The notes: a model not told the origin generated them from the letters alone. 64,000 nt of DNA from an uncultured Planctomycetia bacterium (GCA_964527555.1 CAZGOG010000006.1:276-64275), one strand, 5' to 3'. Shown: positions 46,849-56,585, counted from the stretch's first letter. Translations and numbers: made by a program.

Positions 46849-47183
46849 CCCTTTAACTCCCTGATCTTTGTGATATCAAAAGTACCGTATTTTTCATAGA
46901 TCCTCATCGCGATACCCACAAGTAACGCGGTAGTCGCAAGTCCTATGACAATAGAGGTAAGCACGAGCGCCTGCGGCAGCGGGTCCACCATGTTCTTTAT
47001 TTCTTCGCCGCTTGAGAAGATAGGCGCGCGTCCATTCACTCTATAGCCCGCGAGTATGAAAAAGAGGTTAACCGCGTATTCCAGTATGATCACACCGATT
47101 ATCATCTTTATGACGTTGCGTTTTCTCACTATACAGTAAATACCGATAACGAAAAGTACCAGACACAGAAAATAAATGCTCAT
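46845..47183 (-). CDS. mrpC: Mrp antiporter subunit C (NuoK/MbhG-like)
   Basis: 112 aa with 3 TM helices and the conserved Glu-containing motif ILEYAVNLFFILAG. Confidence 0.85.
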   Translation of the reverse strand: MSIYFLCLVLFVIGIYCIVRKRNVIKMIIGVIILEYAVNLFFILAGYRVNGRAPIFSSGEEIKNMVDPLPQALVLTSIVIGLATTALLVGIAMRIYEKYGTFDITKIRELKG

Positions 47184-47632
47184 TTTTTCTTCCCTACATC
47201 AAGTTTTAATAGTATCAGTGCCACAAATATCGCGAAAATCCCGGCTCCCACTTTGAAACTTATGGCAATATTGCAAAGCGGGATAATACCCGCGCTGAAA
47301 AGCCTGAAAGGCTCACCTTTCGGTATAAAATTCAAAAAGAAATATCCTCCCGTAAAACCTAAAAGCGCTATAGAGAGAAATAGTATCGCGCCGGTACTTT
47401 CCCAGATGGAGGCTCGTGCCTCGGAAAGCTTCTTAAAGGCGACTTCTTTACCATATGCCAGTATTAGGTGTATAAAAGACAGCGCAATGATAACACCGCC
47501 GGCAAAACCGCCTCCCGGTGAAAGATGCCCGTGAGTGACGATATAAACCCCGTAAAGAAAGATGATCCCTACCGTTAGACGCGTGATCGTCTTGACTATA
47601 AGCGACATGCCTTTTTCATGTTCCCTACTCAT
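47180..47632 (-). CDS. mrpB: Mrp antiporter subunit B-like (MnhB domain, MbhF-like)
   Basis: The motif THGHLSPGGGFAGG is the MnhB signature. Confidence 0.8.
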   Translation of the reverse strand: MSREHEKGMSLIVKTITRLTVGIIFLYGVYIVTHGHLSPGGGFAGGVIIALSFIHLILAYGKEVAFKKLSEARASIWESTGAILFLSIALLGFTGGYFFLNFIPKGEPFRLFSAGIIPLCNIAISFKVGAGIFAIFVALILLKLDVGKKK

Positions 47633-48173
47633 CGCTTGCTTTTACCTCTTCTCCTGCTTTTTTTCTGCCAATGCGTCTTACAATCGCCAGAACCCCTATA
47701 ACAGCGGTAAACAGAATCGTCGCCTCACCCAGCGTATCGTAAGCCCTGAAGTCCAATATGACGGAAGAGACAAGGTTGACAGCTCCCGTTTTTGGAAGAC
47801 CTTCCGCCAGATATGTCTTAGCTACCCGCATCGCCGGATATCCGAACTCGGGCAGATCCTTAAGGCATTTCATGGCTACCGCCATAAACAAAACTATGAA
47901 ACATGCTGTAATAAGAGTGTTTAAAAACCACCTGCCGGTCGTTGAAAACGGAAGATCCTTCTTAAGCGTCGCTCTTATAAGGATTATGAGCGCCAGTATC
48001 TCTACCACAAGCTGCGTAATAGCCACGTCCGGCGCTTTGAGTATCAAGAACACTATGGAAAGCGCCAAACCGACCGCACCTACCGCTATAACAGCCGAAA
48101 GCAGGTCTTTTAGCTCGATCGCGACGATCGCGCCTATAATCATCAAAACAAGTAAAACGTAAAGCTCTACCAT
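47625..48173 (-). CDS. MrpA C-terminal-region-like membrane subunit (MbhD/E-like)
   Basis: 182 aa and hydrophobic. It sits between the NuoL-like MrpA core and MrpB, as in Mbh-type operons. Confidence 0.6.
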   Translation of the reverse strand: MVELYVLLVLMIIGAIVAIELKDLLSAVIAVGAVGLALSIVFLILKAPDVAITQLVVEILALIILIRATLKKDLPFSTTGRWFLNTLITACFIVLFMAVAMKCLKDLPEFGYPAMRVAKTYLAEGLPKTGAVNLVSSVILDFRAYDTLGEATILFTAVIGVLAIVRRIGRKKAGEEVKASDE

Positions 48174-48180
48174 ACTCTTC

Positions 48181-49821
48181 CTACTTCAAAAGAATATAAA
48201 AAAGGACACCCATCCCCAATAAACACCAGGCCAGATACGTAAGAAGCACGCCGTTATGGATATATCGCAGCACTTTATTGAATCCAAGCGTAATTTTAAC
48301 ACCGACCTCATATATATCAAATACTTTTCTCCCGGCAAGCCGGTAGATAAACTGCAAAACGCCTATGTCTCTGATGGTGTCGTAAAACTCGGTCCCGGAA
48401 GGTCGCATCTCCGGATGCTTTTCCAGAATCTCCCCGCCTACAAAAGGTTCAGCGGTCCTCGTCTTAAAAGCAGTGCCTGCCAGATAGATCAAAAATCCTA
48501 TTATAACGCCTACGATTATAAGAGCGGTAGCCAGTCCCGAACTCCATATACCGGTAAAGTTCGCTGCGCCCCCCAGGCTCGGGAATATGAACATCTTAAG
48601 CGGCACCTGGTAAGCAAAAATACCGAAAATAACACACAGTGCCGCTAATATCACCGAGGGGACCCACATGGTAGAACCTGCTTCGCCTTTAAGCTTTTTC
48701 CTGCCGGAGGCGGGCCTTCCCAGAAAAACGGCATGCACTAGTTTCATGAAACTTGCCAGTGTAAGGGCGCTGCCGAACATCGCCGCGACGATCCATACTA
48801 CCCAGAACTTATCCCCTGCTTTAGCCGAGTCTATTATCCCCTGGTAAATCATCCATTTGGAAGCAAATCCGTTAAAAGGCGGTACGCCTGAAATGGAAAA
48901 AGCGGCTATTAAAAACGCTACAAAAGTTATGGGCATAACCCTCGCAAAACCCCCGAGTTTTCCCAGGTCAACGGTACCCGCTTTCTTCTCGACCGATCCG
49001 CCCGAGAAAAACAGGCAGGATTTATAAATCGCATTATTGAGCATGTGAAACACACCGCCGGCAATACCGATGGGGTTACCCGTACCTATACCCAGAACCA
49101 TGTACCCGACCTGGCTTACGGCGTGATACCCCAAGAGCCTTTTCATGTCGTGCTGGATAAGCGCCATCATTACCGCGGCAACTATCGTGACGCTTCCCAT
49201 TACCATCAAAAAGGTGTTCATGCCCTTATCCATCTGGAAGACATCAAGAGAGATTCTCGCAAGAAAATATATGCCTAACAGTTTATCCAAAGAAGCCGGC
49301 AGAAACGCAGTCACAGAAGTCGGGGCGTCTTCCGCGACATCAGGTACCCATGTATGGAAAGGCATGGCGCCTGCTTTTGCGAACGCGCCCGAAGCCAGAC
49401 ATAGATACGCCAGGACTGCAGCTTTAGTATTAAGAGCAATACTCATCTTGTCTATCTCGAAAGTCCCCGTAAGATGCCAGATGATACCAAGCCCCAGGAG
49501 CATAAAAGCATCCGTACCGCCGATTATGATAAAAGTTTTTTTAGCCGTGTAGGCGGCACTATCTTTCCGGCTAAAACCGATCAAAAGATAAAGTAAAAGC
49601 GCCAAAAATCCCCAGAAAACTATAAAAAGCACCAGATTGTTGGAAAAGACCGCTCCTAAAGAAGCTAAAAACGTAAGGATGATATAGCTGTAGTAGCGCA
49701 GTAAACCTTTCCTTCCGCGCATAAAACCGATGGAGTAGAGAATCGTCAGAGCGGAGAACACGCTGACGAATATCGCTACAAAAATCGACAAATTATCTAA
49801 TCTAAAGAGTCCATCCGTCAC
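48181..49821 (-). CDS. mrpA: MrpA/NuoL-like antiporter core subunit
   Basis: A 546-aa polytopic protein of the NuoL family (WVPDVAEDAPTSVTAFL, HAVSQVGYM). Confidence 0.85.
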   Translation of the reverse strand: MTDGLFRLDNLSIFVAIFVSVFSALTILYSIGFMRGRKGLLRYYSYIILTFLASLGAVFSNNLVLFIVFWGFLALLLYLLIGFSRKDSAAYTAKKTFIIIGGTDAFMLLGLGIIWHLTGTFEIDKMSIALNTKAAVLAYLCLASGAFAKAGAMPFHTWVPDVAEDAPTSVTAFLPASLDKLLGIYFLARISLDVFQMDKGMNTFLMVMGSVTIVAAVMMALIQHDMKRLLGYHAVSQVGYMVLGIGTGNPIGIAGGVFHMLNNAIYKSCLFFSGGSVEKKAGTVDLGKLGGFARVMPITFVAFLIAAFSISGVPPFNGFASKWMIYQGIIDSAKAGDKFWVVWIVAAMFGSALTLASFMKLVHAVFLGRPASGRKKLKGEAGSTMWVPSVILAALCVIFGIFAYQVPLKMFIFPSLGGAANFTGIWSSGLATALIIVGVIIGFLIYLAGTAFKTRTAEPFVGGEILEKHPEMRPSGTEFYDTIRDIGVLQFIYRLAGRKVFDIYEVGVKITLGFNKVLRYIHNGVLLTYLAWCLLGMGVLFYILLK

Positions 49822-50430
49822 TTAGCTGCTCTCCTTTGATACCCTTGCGATGTTCGTGCAATGACGGGCTATGTTACCCGTGAAATCCAACATATCAAAA
49901 TACATGTTCGACGCTCGCGCCTGGCATATACCTTTAGTAAGGCGTTCAAGATGCGCACTTCTTGCCTTTTCAACCAGTTTCTTGATCACGTCTCCATTGG
50001 CCAGGATCTCGTCTAAAAGTCCCGGATTCCCGGTATTTAGAAATTTCACTAAGAGGTCCACTGACTTTTTCATCGTATTAAACACTTCTTTATATTGGGA
50101 TGAACCTTCTTCGCTGAACTGGAGCCTGTCTGAAATTTTGATCTCAATACGCTCAACCAGAGAACGAAACTCATCCCCCATACGTTCCAGGTTCTGGGCG
50201 ATCTGCCCCCAAACGACAAGTTTTTTCTTGGCGGCCTCATCGAGTTTTTTGGAAAGCGCCACGATATCGGCAATGATCTCCTCTTCGATAGCGTCCAGTT
50301 CTCGTTCTTTGCCGAGAACACCGTCAAGTATATGTATATCGTTTTTATCAAGACCGCTGTATGTGATATCTACCATCTCTTTAACGATCGCGGCCATCTC
50401 CCGGGCTGATTTTTTTATTTTGTCGTTCAT
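49822..50430 (-). CDS. PhoU-like/DUF47-type helical protein embedded in the hydrogenase operon
   Basis: It is all-helical, and MLDFTGNIARHCTNIARV plus LERMGDEFRSLVERIE resemble PhoU repeat motifs (D..GD...nIaE). It is translationally coupled on both sides. Confidence 0.45.
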   Translation of the reverse strand: MNDKIKKSAREMAAIVKEMVDITYSGLDKNDIHILDGVLGKERELDAIEEEIIADIVALSKKLDEAAKKKLVVWGQIAQNLERMGDEFRSLVERIEIKISDRLQFSEEGSSQYKEVFNTMKKSVDLLVKFLNTGNPGLLDEILANGDVIKKLVEKARSAHLERLTKGICQARASNMYFDMLDFTGNIARHCTNIARVSKESS

Positions 50431-51605
50431 CTTTTCCCCCGTCTGATCCTTTCGGTCTTCTCCTGTGAAAGCCTGATAAGCTCTTCACCGTTATAAAGCT
50501 TCTTTCCTTTAATATCCCGCACGGCCATCCTTTCCGTGCAACAATAACACGGGTCTATAGCTGCCAGGATAATCGTAGTATCGGCAATAGTCTCGCCTAT
50601 CACAGTAGACTTATAAGTCGGCAGATTCATAAAGGTCGGGGCCCTTACCTTGTGCCTCTCAGGGCTGTTAGTACCGTCGCTCCTCACATAATGAAACGTC
50701 TCGCCCCTGGGGGCCTCGATGTGGCCTATACCTTCTCCCGGGGGGATGCTTTTGATATTGGCGTCTATTTCCCCCGATGGAAGGTTTTTAAGGCAGTACT
50801 TCATTATCTTATGGGACTCGAACATCTCAAGCACTCTTACAACAACCTTATCAAAAACATCCCCGGTTTCGGTGACTATCATATCCCAGTCTAATCTGTC
50901 ATAAGCTCCATAGGGAGAATCTTTTCGAACGTCCCTGGCGACTCCGGAAGCACGTGAAGTGGGACCCAAAGCAGAATAGTCTATGGCTTCTTCCTTTGTA
51001 AGAATACCTACGCCTTTCGTCCGCGCGTGCAGTACCGGGTCATCCATAACGGCTTTCCTTAGCATCTCAAGCGTAGGGACGATAGAATCTATTTTCTTTA
51101 TAGACGCCTCAATATCCTCAGGGGCAAAATCCCTCCTTACCCCGCCCGGTTTAAACATCGCATAGTTATTTCTGTTGCCGGAAAGTATCTCCATGACGTC
51201 CAGGATCTCTTCCCGGAGTTTCCAGGCCCACATGTAAACGGTATTATAACCCAAGAAATGCCCCGCAAGACCAAGCCATAAAAGATGAGAGTGCAGCCTT
51301 TCCCCTTCAGCGATCACGGTCCTTATGAACTTGGCTCTTTCGGGCACTTCCATCGGGATGATATCCTCAACCGCCCTCGTATAAGCATAGGGATGGCTTG
51401 TCGAGCATATGCCGCAGATCCTTTCAATAACAAAAGTGGACTGATCAAACGTCTTCATCTCGGACAGTTTCTCTATACCCCTATGGTTATACCCGACCTG
51501 GACGTCGACATCTACTACTTTCTCACCTTCTACCGTAAGGGTGAAAAACTCGGGTTCCTCCTGCAGCGGGTGATACGGTCCTATTGGTACAATTGTTTTC
51601 GCCAT
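50427..51605 (-). CDS. Group 4 [NiFe]-hydrogenase large subunit (EchE/MbhL/HycE-like). Start placed at MAKTIVPIGPY.
   Basis: ERICGICSTSH is the N-terminal RxCGxCxxxH Ni-Fe ligand motif and DPCYCCTER the C-terminal DPCxxCxxR motif. A roughly 33-aa C-terminal extension is left for the endopeptidase. Confidence 0.9.
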   Translation of the reverse strand: MAKTIVPIGPYHPLQEEPEFFTLTVEGEKVVDVDVQVGYNHRGIEKLSEMKTFDQSTFVIERICGICSTSHPYAYTRAVEDIIPMEVPERAKFIRTVIAEGERLHSHLLWLGLAGHFLGYNTVYMWAWKLREEILDVMEILSGNRNNYAMFKPGGVRRDFAPEDIEASIKKIDSIVPTLEMLRKAVMDDPVLHARTKGVGILTKEEAIDYSALGPTSRASGVARDVRKDSPYGAYDRLDWDMIVTETGDVFDKVVVRVLEMFESHKIMKYCLKNLPSGEIDANIKSIPPGEGIGHIEAPRGETFHYVRSDGTNSPERHKVRAPTFMNLPTYKSTVIGETIADTTIILAAIDPCYCCTERMAVRDIKGKKLYNGEELIRLSQEKTERIRRGKR

Positions 51606-51609
51606 TTTT

Positions 51610-52104
51610 TTATTTTGGTTTTTTGTTTTTTTCGATGCCACGATCCCTGACAGCTTGCGGATCCCATTCTTCATAATCTGCCCTGAGCGGGTAAACCCCT
51701 TCGGGCCAGTCCTCCGGAAGGAGAAGCCTCCTGAGATCGGGGTGCCCCTTAAAATTAACGCCTAAAAGTTCATGTATCTCTCTTTCTATCCAGTCCGCGG
51801 CCTTGAAATGCGGCGCTAAAGAATCTATCTCAAGCTTGTCTTTTGCCAGCTTCACCCGTAGTGAAATCAATAGATTTATGTCCTCGACAGTGAAATGATA
51901 CAGGATCTCTATATAGTCCCGTGCGTCCCTTCCCGTAGCTATGTTAAAACGCGCTTTCTGGTCCTTGAAAATATAAGTGGCCACCTTGACCAAGGATTTC
52001 GGCTTGATCTCGATGTACACTCTTTTCCGGGTCTTATCGAAAATATCGATAATATCTGCCTTGAACTTCTTCGTGAGATCTTTTAATATTTCTTCTCGAT
52101 TCAT
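51610..52104 (-). CDS. NuoC/EchD-like hydrogenase subunit
   Basis: A 164-aa NuoC (30 kDa subunit)-like sequence (ERE..E.LG..F.GHPD.RRLL). Confidence 0.8.
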   Translation of the reverse strand: MNREEILKDLTKKFKADIIDIFDKTRKRVYIEIKPKSLVKVATYIFKDQKARFNIATGRDARDYIEILYHFTVEDINLLISLRVKLAKDKLEIDSLAPHFKAADWIEREIHELLGVNFKGHPDLRRLLLPEDWPEGVYPLRADYEEWDPQAVRDRGIEKNKKPK

Positions 52105-52542
52105 CTATTTAGTTTCCCGGCTTTTTGCCTTGACCTTTTCTATTAGTTTCACCACACCCGCTATTATAGCTTCCGGTTTCGGCGGGCAACCCGGAATGTA
52201 AGCATCAACGGGGATTATTTTATCAAGCGGCACGGGACAGTTGTAGCTGTGTATGAACATGCCGCGCGACAGTGAACACTCACCTATGGCGACTACGAGA
52301 CACGGTTTCGGGGCCTGCTCATAAAGCCTCTTAAGTCTTTTCGCCGATTTCCTGTTACAGGACCCCGTAATAAGAAGAACGTCGGCGTGTTTAATGCTCG
52401 GGGCCAGAAGCATCCCGAACCTCTCTATGTCAAACCTGGGCGTAAGACAATCGAGCACTTCGATATCGCAGTTATTACAGCTTCCCGTGGAAAGGTGGAA
52501 CACCCACGGAGATTTTAGCAACGCTTTTAGTTTCATGCTCAT
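52105..52542 (-). CDS. Group 4 [NiFe]-hydrogenase small subunit (NuoB/EchC/MbhJ-like)
   Basis: Has four Cys for the proximal [4Fe-4S] (CNNCDIEVLDC ... GCPPKPE) at 145 aa. Confidence 0.9.
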   Translation of the reverse strand: MSMKLKALLKSPWVFHLSTGSCNNCDIEVLDCLTPRFDIERFGMLLAPSIKHADVLLITGSCNRKSAKRLKRLYEQAPKPCLVVAIGECSLSRGMFIHSYNCPVPLDKIIPVDAYIPGCPPKPEAIIAGVVKLIEKVKAKSRETK

Positions 52543-52544
52543 GT

Positions 52545-53486
52545 TTATCTTCCTATTAGTGCCAATACCACCGCGACTATCGCAATCACCGTCATCGGTC
52601 CCCAGAAAAACTTAACGGCCTGATCTATCCTTACCCTGGGATTCGTGTTTCTTATGACCGTTATAAGCGCCACAAGTCCTATATATTTGAGGATGCCGTA
52701 TAGAAAGTGCACTCCATCAAGTCTTAACCCGCCCATGTAAAGTATCATCAAAAAGAAAGGCAGCGTGAAAAGAAGCATGTTCTTCATGAGGCGGAAAACT
52801 GCCAAAGGCGCGCCGGAATATTCTATTAAAACTCCTCCTCCAAGCTCGGTCTCGGCTTCGGGTATATCAAACGGCACAAAAGCAAGTTTTGCCTGCACGC
52901 TCATGATCGCAACGACGAGCGCCAAAGTGCCGGATAAACTTCCCGCCACCACACCGTTTTCTGCCTGAGAAGTAAGTATGTCCCCCAGTCTGATCGCATA
53001 ATCGGATTTAATAACGGGAACCAGTACCGCAAGTACAAATGGCAGCTCATAAGCAAGTATCATCTTCATCTCACGGGAAGCGCCTATACTCGCCAGCGGG
53101 TTTGCCGAGGCAAAACCACCTATTATGATACTTATCGAGGGGATGGTAAGCAGGTATATCGCAACGATTATATCCCCCATAAAACCTTTACCCACCCATA
53201 TATCATTGACCCACAAGAGGGCTGAGACCACCATTACGCTCGATATGCCCAGAACAGGCGCCAGTAAAAACGTCTGTTTTGAGGCCCCCGCGGGGACTAA
53301 AGTCTCTTTACCCAACAGCTTGATTATATCGATAAGCGGCTGAAGAAGAGGCGGCCCCACGCGATACTGCACGCGTGCAGTGACTTTCCTGTCAATCCAG
53401 CTTGCCAGAAGCCCTATTACGGCTGTCAGTAAAAATCCAAAAAATAGCAGATAAAACACGTTTCTCATGCTTTTTCCCTGTCCCAA
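52545..53486 (-). CDS. NuoH/EchB/MbhM-like membrane subunit
   Basis: A 313-aa polytopic protein of the NuoH family (RVQYRVGPPLLQPL, ETELGGGVLIEYSG). Confidence 0.85.
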   Translation of the reverse strand: MGQGKSMRNVFYLLFFGFLLTAVIGLLASWIDRKVTARVQYRVGPPLLQPLIDIIKLLGKETLVPAGASKQTFLLAPVLGISSVMVVSALLWVNDIWVGKGFMGDIIVAIYLLTIPSISIIIGGFASANPLASIGASREMKMILAYELPFVLAVLVPVIKSDYAIRLGDILTSQAENGVVAGSLSGTLALVVAIMSVQAKLAFVPFDIPEAETELGGGVLIEYSGAPLAVFRLMKNMLLFTLPFFLMILYMGGLRLDGVHFLYGILKYIGLVALITVIRNTNPRVRIDQAVKFFWGPMTVIAIVAVVLALIGR

Positions 53487-54028
53487 TGCGTGGAATGAAC
53501 TATTATGTTGTCACCCACGAAAAAGGTGTTTTCATCGAGCGCGATATCCCCGCTTTTTAAGCTTAACGCCCCGTAAGGGCACGTCTTTATACATAACGGT
53601 TCATCTTTTTTGTCTCTTCTATCCAGGCAGAAATCACAGTTATGGACCAGATACGGTACTAGTTCAGGATAAATGGTCCCGTAAGGGCATGCATGAGAAC
53701 ATGACCCGCAGCTTATGCATCTCATGTTATGCCGCATAAGAAAATTATCCTTGTCTTCCTGCTGCTCGAGCGCCTCTACCGGACAGGAAGCGACGCAATG
53801 CGGATCTTCGCATCTCCTGCATACAAGAGCGTAAGTGGCAAGTTCCGCTACCGAAAGGATCCCGTTATTTCCGGTCTGGCGATGATAAAGATAACTGCAT
53901 TTAATTACGCATTCTTTACATTCGCCTGACGCGCAGACATCGAGGTCGATGAAGAGCCTCTTGTCTTTGCCTTTTTTGGGCTCGGTGTTTACGTTACCCT
54001 GATGCACCTGTTCCGCGCTAGTTGCCAT
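53465..54028 (-). CDS. HycB-like polyferredoxin (multiple [4Fe-4S])
   Basis: Has four Cys clusters (CKECVIKC, CRRCEDPHCVASCP, CISCGSCSHACP, CDFCL...CIKTCP) at 187 aa. Confidence 0.75.
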   Translation of the reverse strand: MATSAEQVHQGNVNTEPKKGKDKRLFIDLDVCASGECKECVIKCSYLYHRQTGNNGILSVAELATYALVCRRCEDPHCVASCPVEALEQQEDKDNFLMRHNMRCISCGSCSHACPYGTIYPELVPYLVHNCDFCLDRRDKKDEPLCIKTCPYGALSLKSGDIALDENTFFVGDNIIVHSTHWDREKA

Positions 54029-54043
54029 GCTTATAAACCTCTT

Positions 54044-54880
54044 TTAATCCCAGATCCCGTGAAAGTCCTTTATCTTATCATATGTAAAGACCGGGCCGTC
54101 TTTACACGCATAATAAGTACCTAGCCTGCAGTGCCCGCATTTCCCTATACCGCAGGACATGTTCTTCTCCATGGAAAGATAGATGTTCCCTTCTTTAAAT
54201 CCCAGTTCCAAGAGCTTCATGGTCGCAAACTTCATCATTATAGGAGGACCGCAGACAACCGCGATAGCCGTAGGATAGTGCATGTCGATATCGTCCAGGA
54301 TCGTCGTGACAACTCCGACGTTACCTTTCCATTTATCGTCACCGGCATCGACCGTAAGTTTAAGGTTCAAGTCGTCCCTTTCGGCCCATTCCTCTGTCTG
54401 ATCTTTATATACCAGTTCTTTCGGGGTTTTACACCCGCCTCTAAAATAGAGTTTTTTAAATTTGCCGCTTCTATCAAAAAACTCGTACATAAGGCTTCTT
54501 AAAGGCGCGAAACCGCACCCCCCGCCTACCACTAATATCTCTTTGCCTTCGAAGTCATCCACCGGATACCCAGTTCCAAAAGGACCCCTTACCCCGATTA
54601 TATCGCCTTTTTCGAGTTCGTGGATCTTATCAGTGACTTTTCCCACCTTCATGACGCTCACTTCCATTATATCCCTGACCGAAGGTTTCGATGACGGGGT
54701 AAACGGCGCTTCCCCCACTCCGGGAATGGTTATCTCCACGAACTGACCCGTCTTAAAGGTTATCTCCTCTTCCGGCTTGAACCTTATGGTCTTTATAGTC
54801 GGGGTCTCCGTTATAACGTCAAGGACTTCCGCCTTTATGGGCCTGTATGGATTCTCGCATGGAGACTTACTTTTTGCCAT
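54044..54880 (-). CDS. AsrB/HydG-family FAD- and NAD(P)H-binding subunit with a C-terminal [2Fe-2S]
   Basis: Has the PyrK-like flavin-reductase fold (RFKPEE..F..GQF, VVGGGCGFAPLRS) and a C-terminal CGIGKCGHCRLG cluster motif, at 278 aa. Confidence 0.8.
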   Translation of the reverse strand: MAKSKSPCENPYRPIKAEVLDVITETPTIKTIRFKPEEEITFKTGQFVEITIPGVGEAPFTPSSKPSVRDIMEVSVMKVGKVTDKIHELEKGDIIGVRGPFGTGYPVDDFEGKEILVVGGGCGFAPLRSLMYEFFDRSGKFKKLYFRGGCKTPKELVYKDQTEEWAERDDLNLKLTVDAGDDKWKGNVGVVTTILDDIDMHYPTAIAVVCGPPIMMKFATMKLLELGFKEGNIYLSMEKNMSCGIGKCGHCRLGTYYACKDGPVFTYDKIKDFHGIWD

Positions 54881-55910
54881 CAGTATCTACCAATCTTCTT
54901 AAAACCTTTCTGATATCTATCTTCGCAGGGCATGCCGAGATGCAGCGTCCGCATCCCGTGCAAGCGTATACTTCAGAGACTTTCGGAAAAAAATCGAATT
55001 TCTTCACAAACCTGTTACGAAGGCGCTGGTAGAGTTTACCCCTGGGATTATGTCCCCCGGCGACCTTAGCGTATTCTTTCAGCATACATGAATCCCAGAT
55101 GCGCAGACGCGCCATCTTATCTTCGCTTTTCTGGTCATAGAGAAGAAAGCAGTGACATGTCGGGCATATTATGGTGCACGCTCCGCATTCGACACAGGTC
55201 TCCGCTTCGCTCGTCCATATATCGGATTCAAAGTTCCTTTCGATGATATTTTCAAATACGTCCTGACGTGGAACGTTGTTTTCCTTGATATTATTTTCGA
55301 CCTGTTTTGTGACGCTTTCCCTTACCTTGTCCCTTGCTTTAATAAGCCCGCTTGCTGCCTCCTCGAAAAAGGAAGAGTTTTTATCTATAATCTTCTTCCC
55401 CTTATCCGATCCGGCCTCAACAAGATACCCGCCTTCCGTCTCGGAAAGATTAATATCAAAATTCTCTTTCGGGTAAGGATCCACCCCCACCGCAAGGCAG
55501 AAACATGTATCGATCGCCAGGGTACAATCAGACGAGATGATGAGGTTCTCTTCCCTCAGCTTGATATAAATAGGGTCCTTGTAATCATGGTCCAGAAAGA
55601 CATGGTCCTGGATTTTAAAGCCTTTAAGGTCACATGCTTTAACGCCTACTATTGCAAAAGGTTTGTCGGCAGCGTGAGGAGCTCCTTTTTTGAAATCTTC
55701 GGCGACGACCTCTCTTGCGCGTGAGAAAAAAGCCTTAAGCGGCTCGAAGGGACGCACCTCACCTATAACGATTTTCTCGGCCTCTTTCGTATACTCTTTA
55801 TAGAAACGTTTCTCGCCCTTTTTGACGGGTACGAAAACACGGAAGTCTTCCTTTAAAGAATCCAGGAAAAGCGGAAATTTTTCACTTGATATGTGTTTTA
55901 TATCACTCAT
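54867..55910 (-). CDS. AsrA/HydB-family iron-sulfur subunit
   Basis: Has CVECGACTIICPTCHCF and CTGCGRCISACP ferredoxin-type motifs. Its 347 aa match the AsrA/sulfhydrogenase-beta size class. Confidence 0.75.
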   Translation of the reverse strand: MSDIKHISSEKFPLFLDSLKEDFRVFVPVKKGEKRFYKEYTKEAEKIVIGEVRPFEPLKAFFSRAREVVAEDFKKGAPHAADKPFAIVGVKACDLKGFKIQDHVFLDHDYKDPIYIKLREENLIISSDCTLAIDTCFCLAVGVDPYPKENFDINLSETEGGYLVEAGSDKGKKIIDKNSSFFEEAASGLIKARDKVRESVTKQVENNIKENNVPRQDVFENIIERNFESDIWTSEAETCVECGACTIICPTCHCFLLYDQKSEDKMARLRIWDSCMLKEYAKVAGGHNPRGKLYQRLRNRFVKKFDFFPKVSEVYACTGCGRCISACPAKIDIRKVLRRLVDTDGKK

Positions 55911-55916
55911 GATGAC

Positions 55917-56546
55917 TTATTTCTTATTCACCAGGAAATACGACAGCGTTTCCAGCTCCCTTGAAAGATCAACGTCTTTTACTTTTACCTCTTCCGGCAC
56001 GTTTAAAGCGACCGGCGCGAAGTTCAGGATACATTTAACGCCTGACGAAACCAGTTTATCCGCTACGTCCTGCGCGTTCTCGGCATCAACGGTTATAACC
56101 CCTATGGATATCTTGTTAGCCGCTACCCGCTTGGCAAGTTCACTTAAGGGCTCAACCGTTATCCCTCCGAGGCGCTTGCCGATCTTACTGGCGGATGCAT
56201 CGAACGCTGCCACTATCTTTAAACCGTGTTTTTCAAATCCGGAATATGAAAGCAGCGCTGAACCCAGATGCCCCACTCCCAGCACGGCAACGTTCCAGGT
56301 CTTGTCTTTACCGAGTATTTTCTCTAAAGCTTTTTTCAGTTCGCCCGTATTATAACCCGAACCGCTTACCCCGAACTGCCCGAAATAACCGAGATCTTTT
56401 CTTACCTGCGCATCACTTAGGTTCACTTTCTCGCCCAGCTCCGCTGAAGAGATCGTTTTTATGTCCAGATCAACCAGCTCGGTGATTTTCCTCAAATATA
56501 TGAAAAGCCGTGTTATAGTGCCCTCTGGCACTTTTTTTCCGTTCAT
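55917..56546 (-). CDS. rex: Redox-sensing transcriptional repressor Rex
   Basis: An N-terminal wHTH (ITRLFIYLRKI) is followed by a Rossmann fold with VAVLGVGHLGSALL, at 209 aa. A Rex operator lies in its own 5' UTR. Confidence 0.9.
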   Translation of the reverse strand: MNGKKVPEGTITRLFIYLRKITELVDLDIKTISSAELGEKVNLSDAQVRKDLGYFGQFGVSGSGYNTGELKKALEKILGKDKTWNVAVLGVGHLGSALLSYSGFEKHGLKIVAAFDASASKIGKRLGGITVEPLSELAKRVAANKISIGVITVDAENAQDVADKLVSSGVKCILNFAPVALNVPEEVKVKDVDLSRELETLSYFLVNKK

Positions 56547-56567
56547 GGATTTTGGCTGTAATAGATT

Positions 56568-56585
56568 TTGTGATAATATTCACAA
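56568..56585 (-). promoter_or_regulatory. Rex operator (TTGTGA-taatat-TCACAA)
   Basis: Read directly. It is a perfect match to the canonical Rex box TTGTGAAnnnnnnTTCACAA core, lying 22 nt upstream of the rex ATG and downstream of the predicted -10. Confidence 0.7.
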
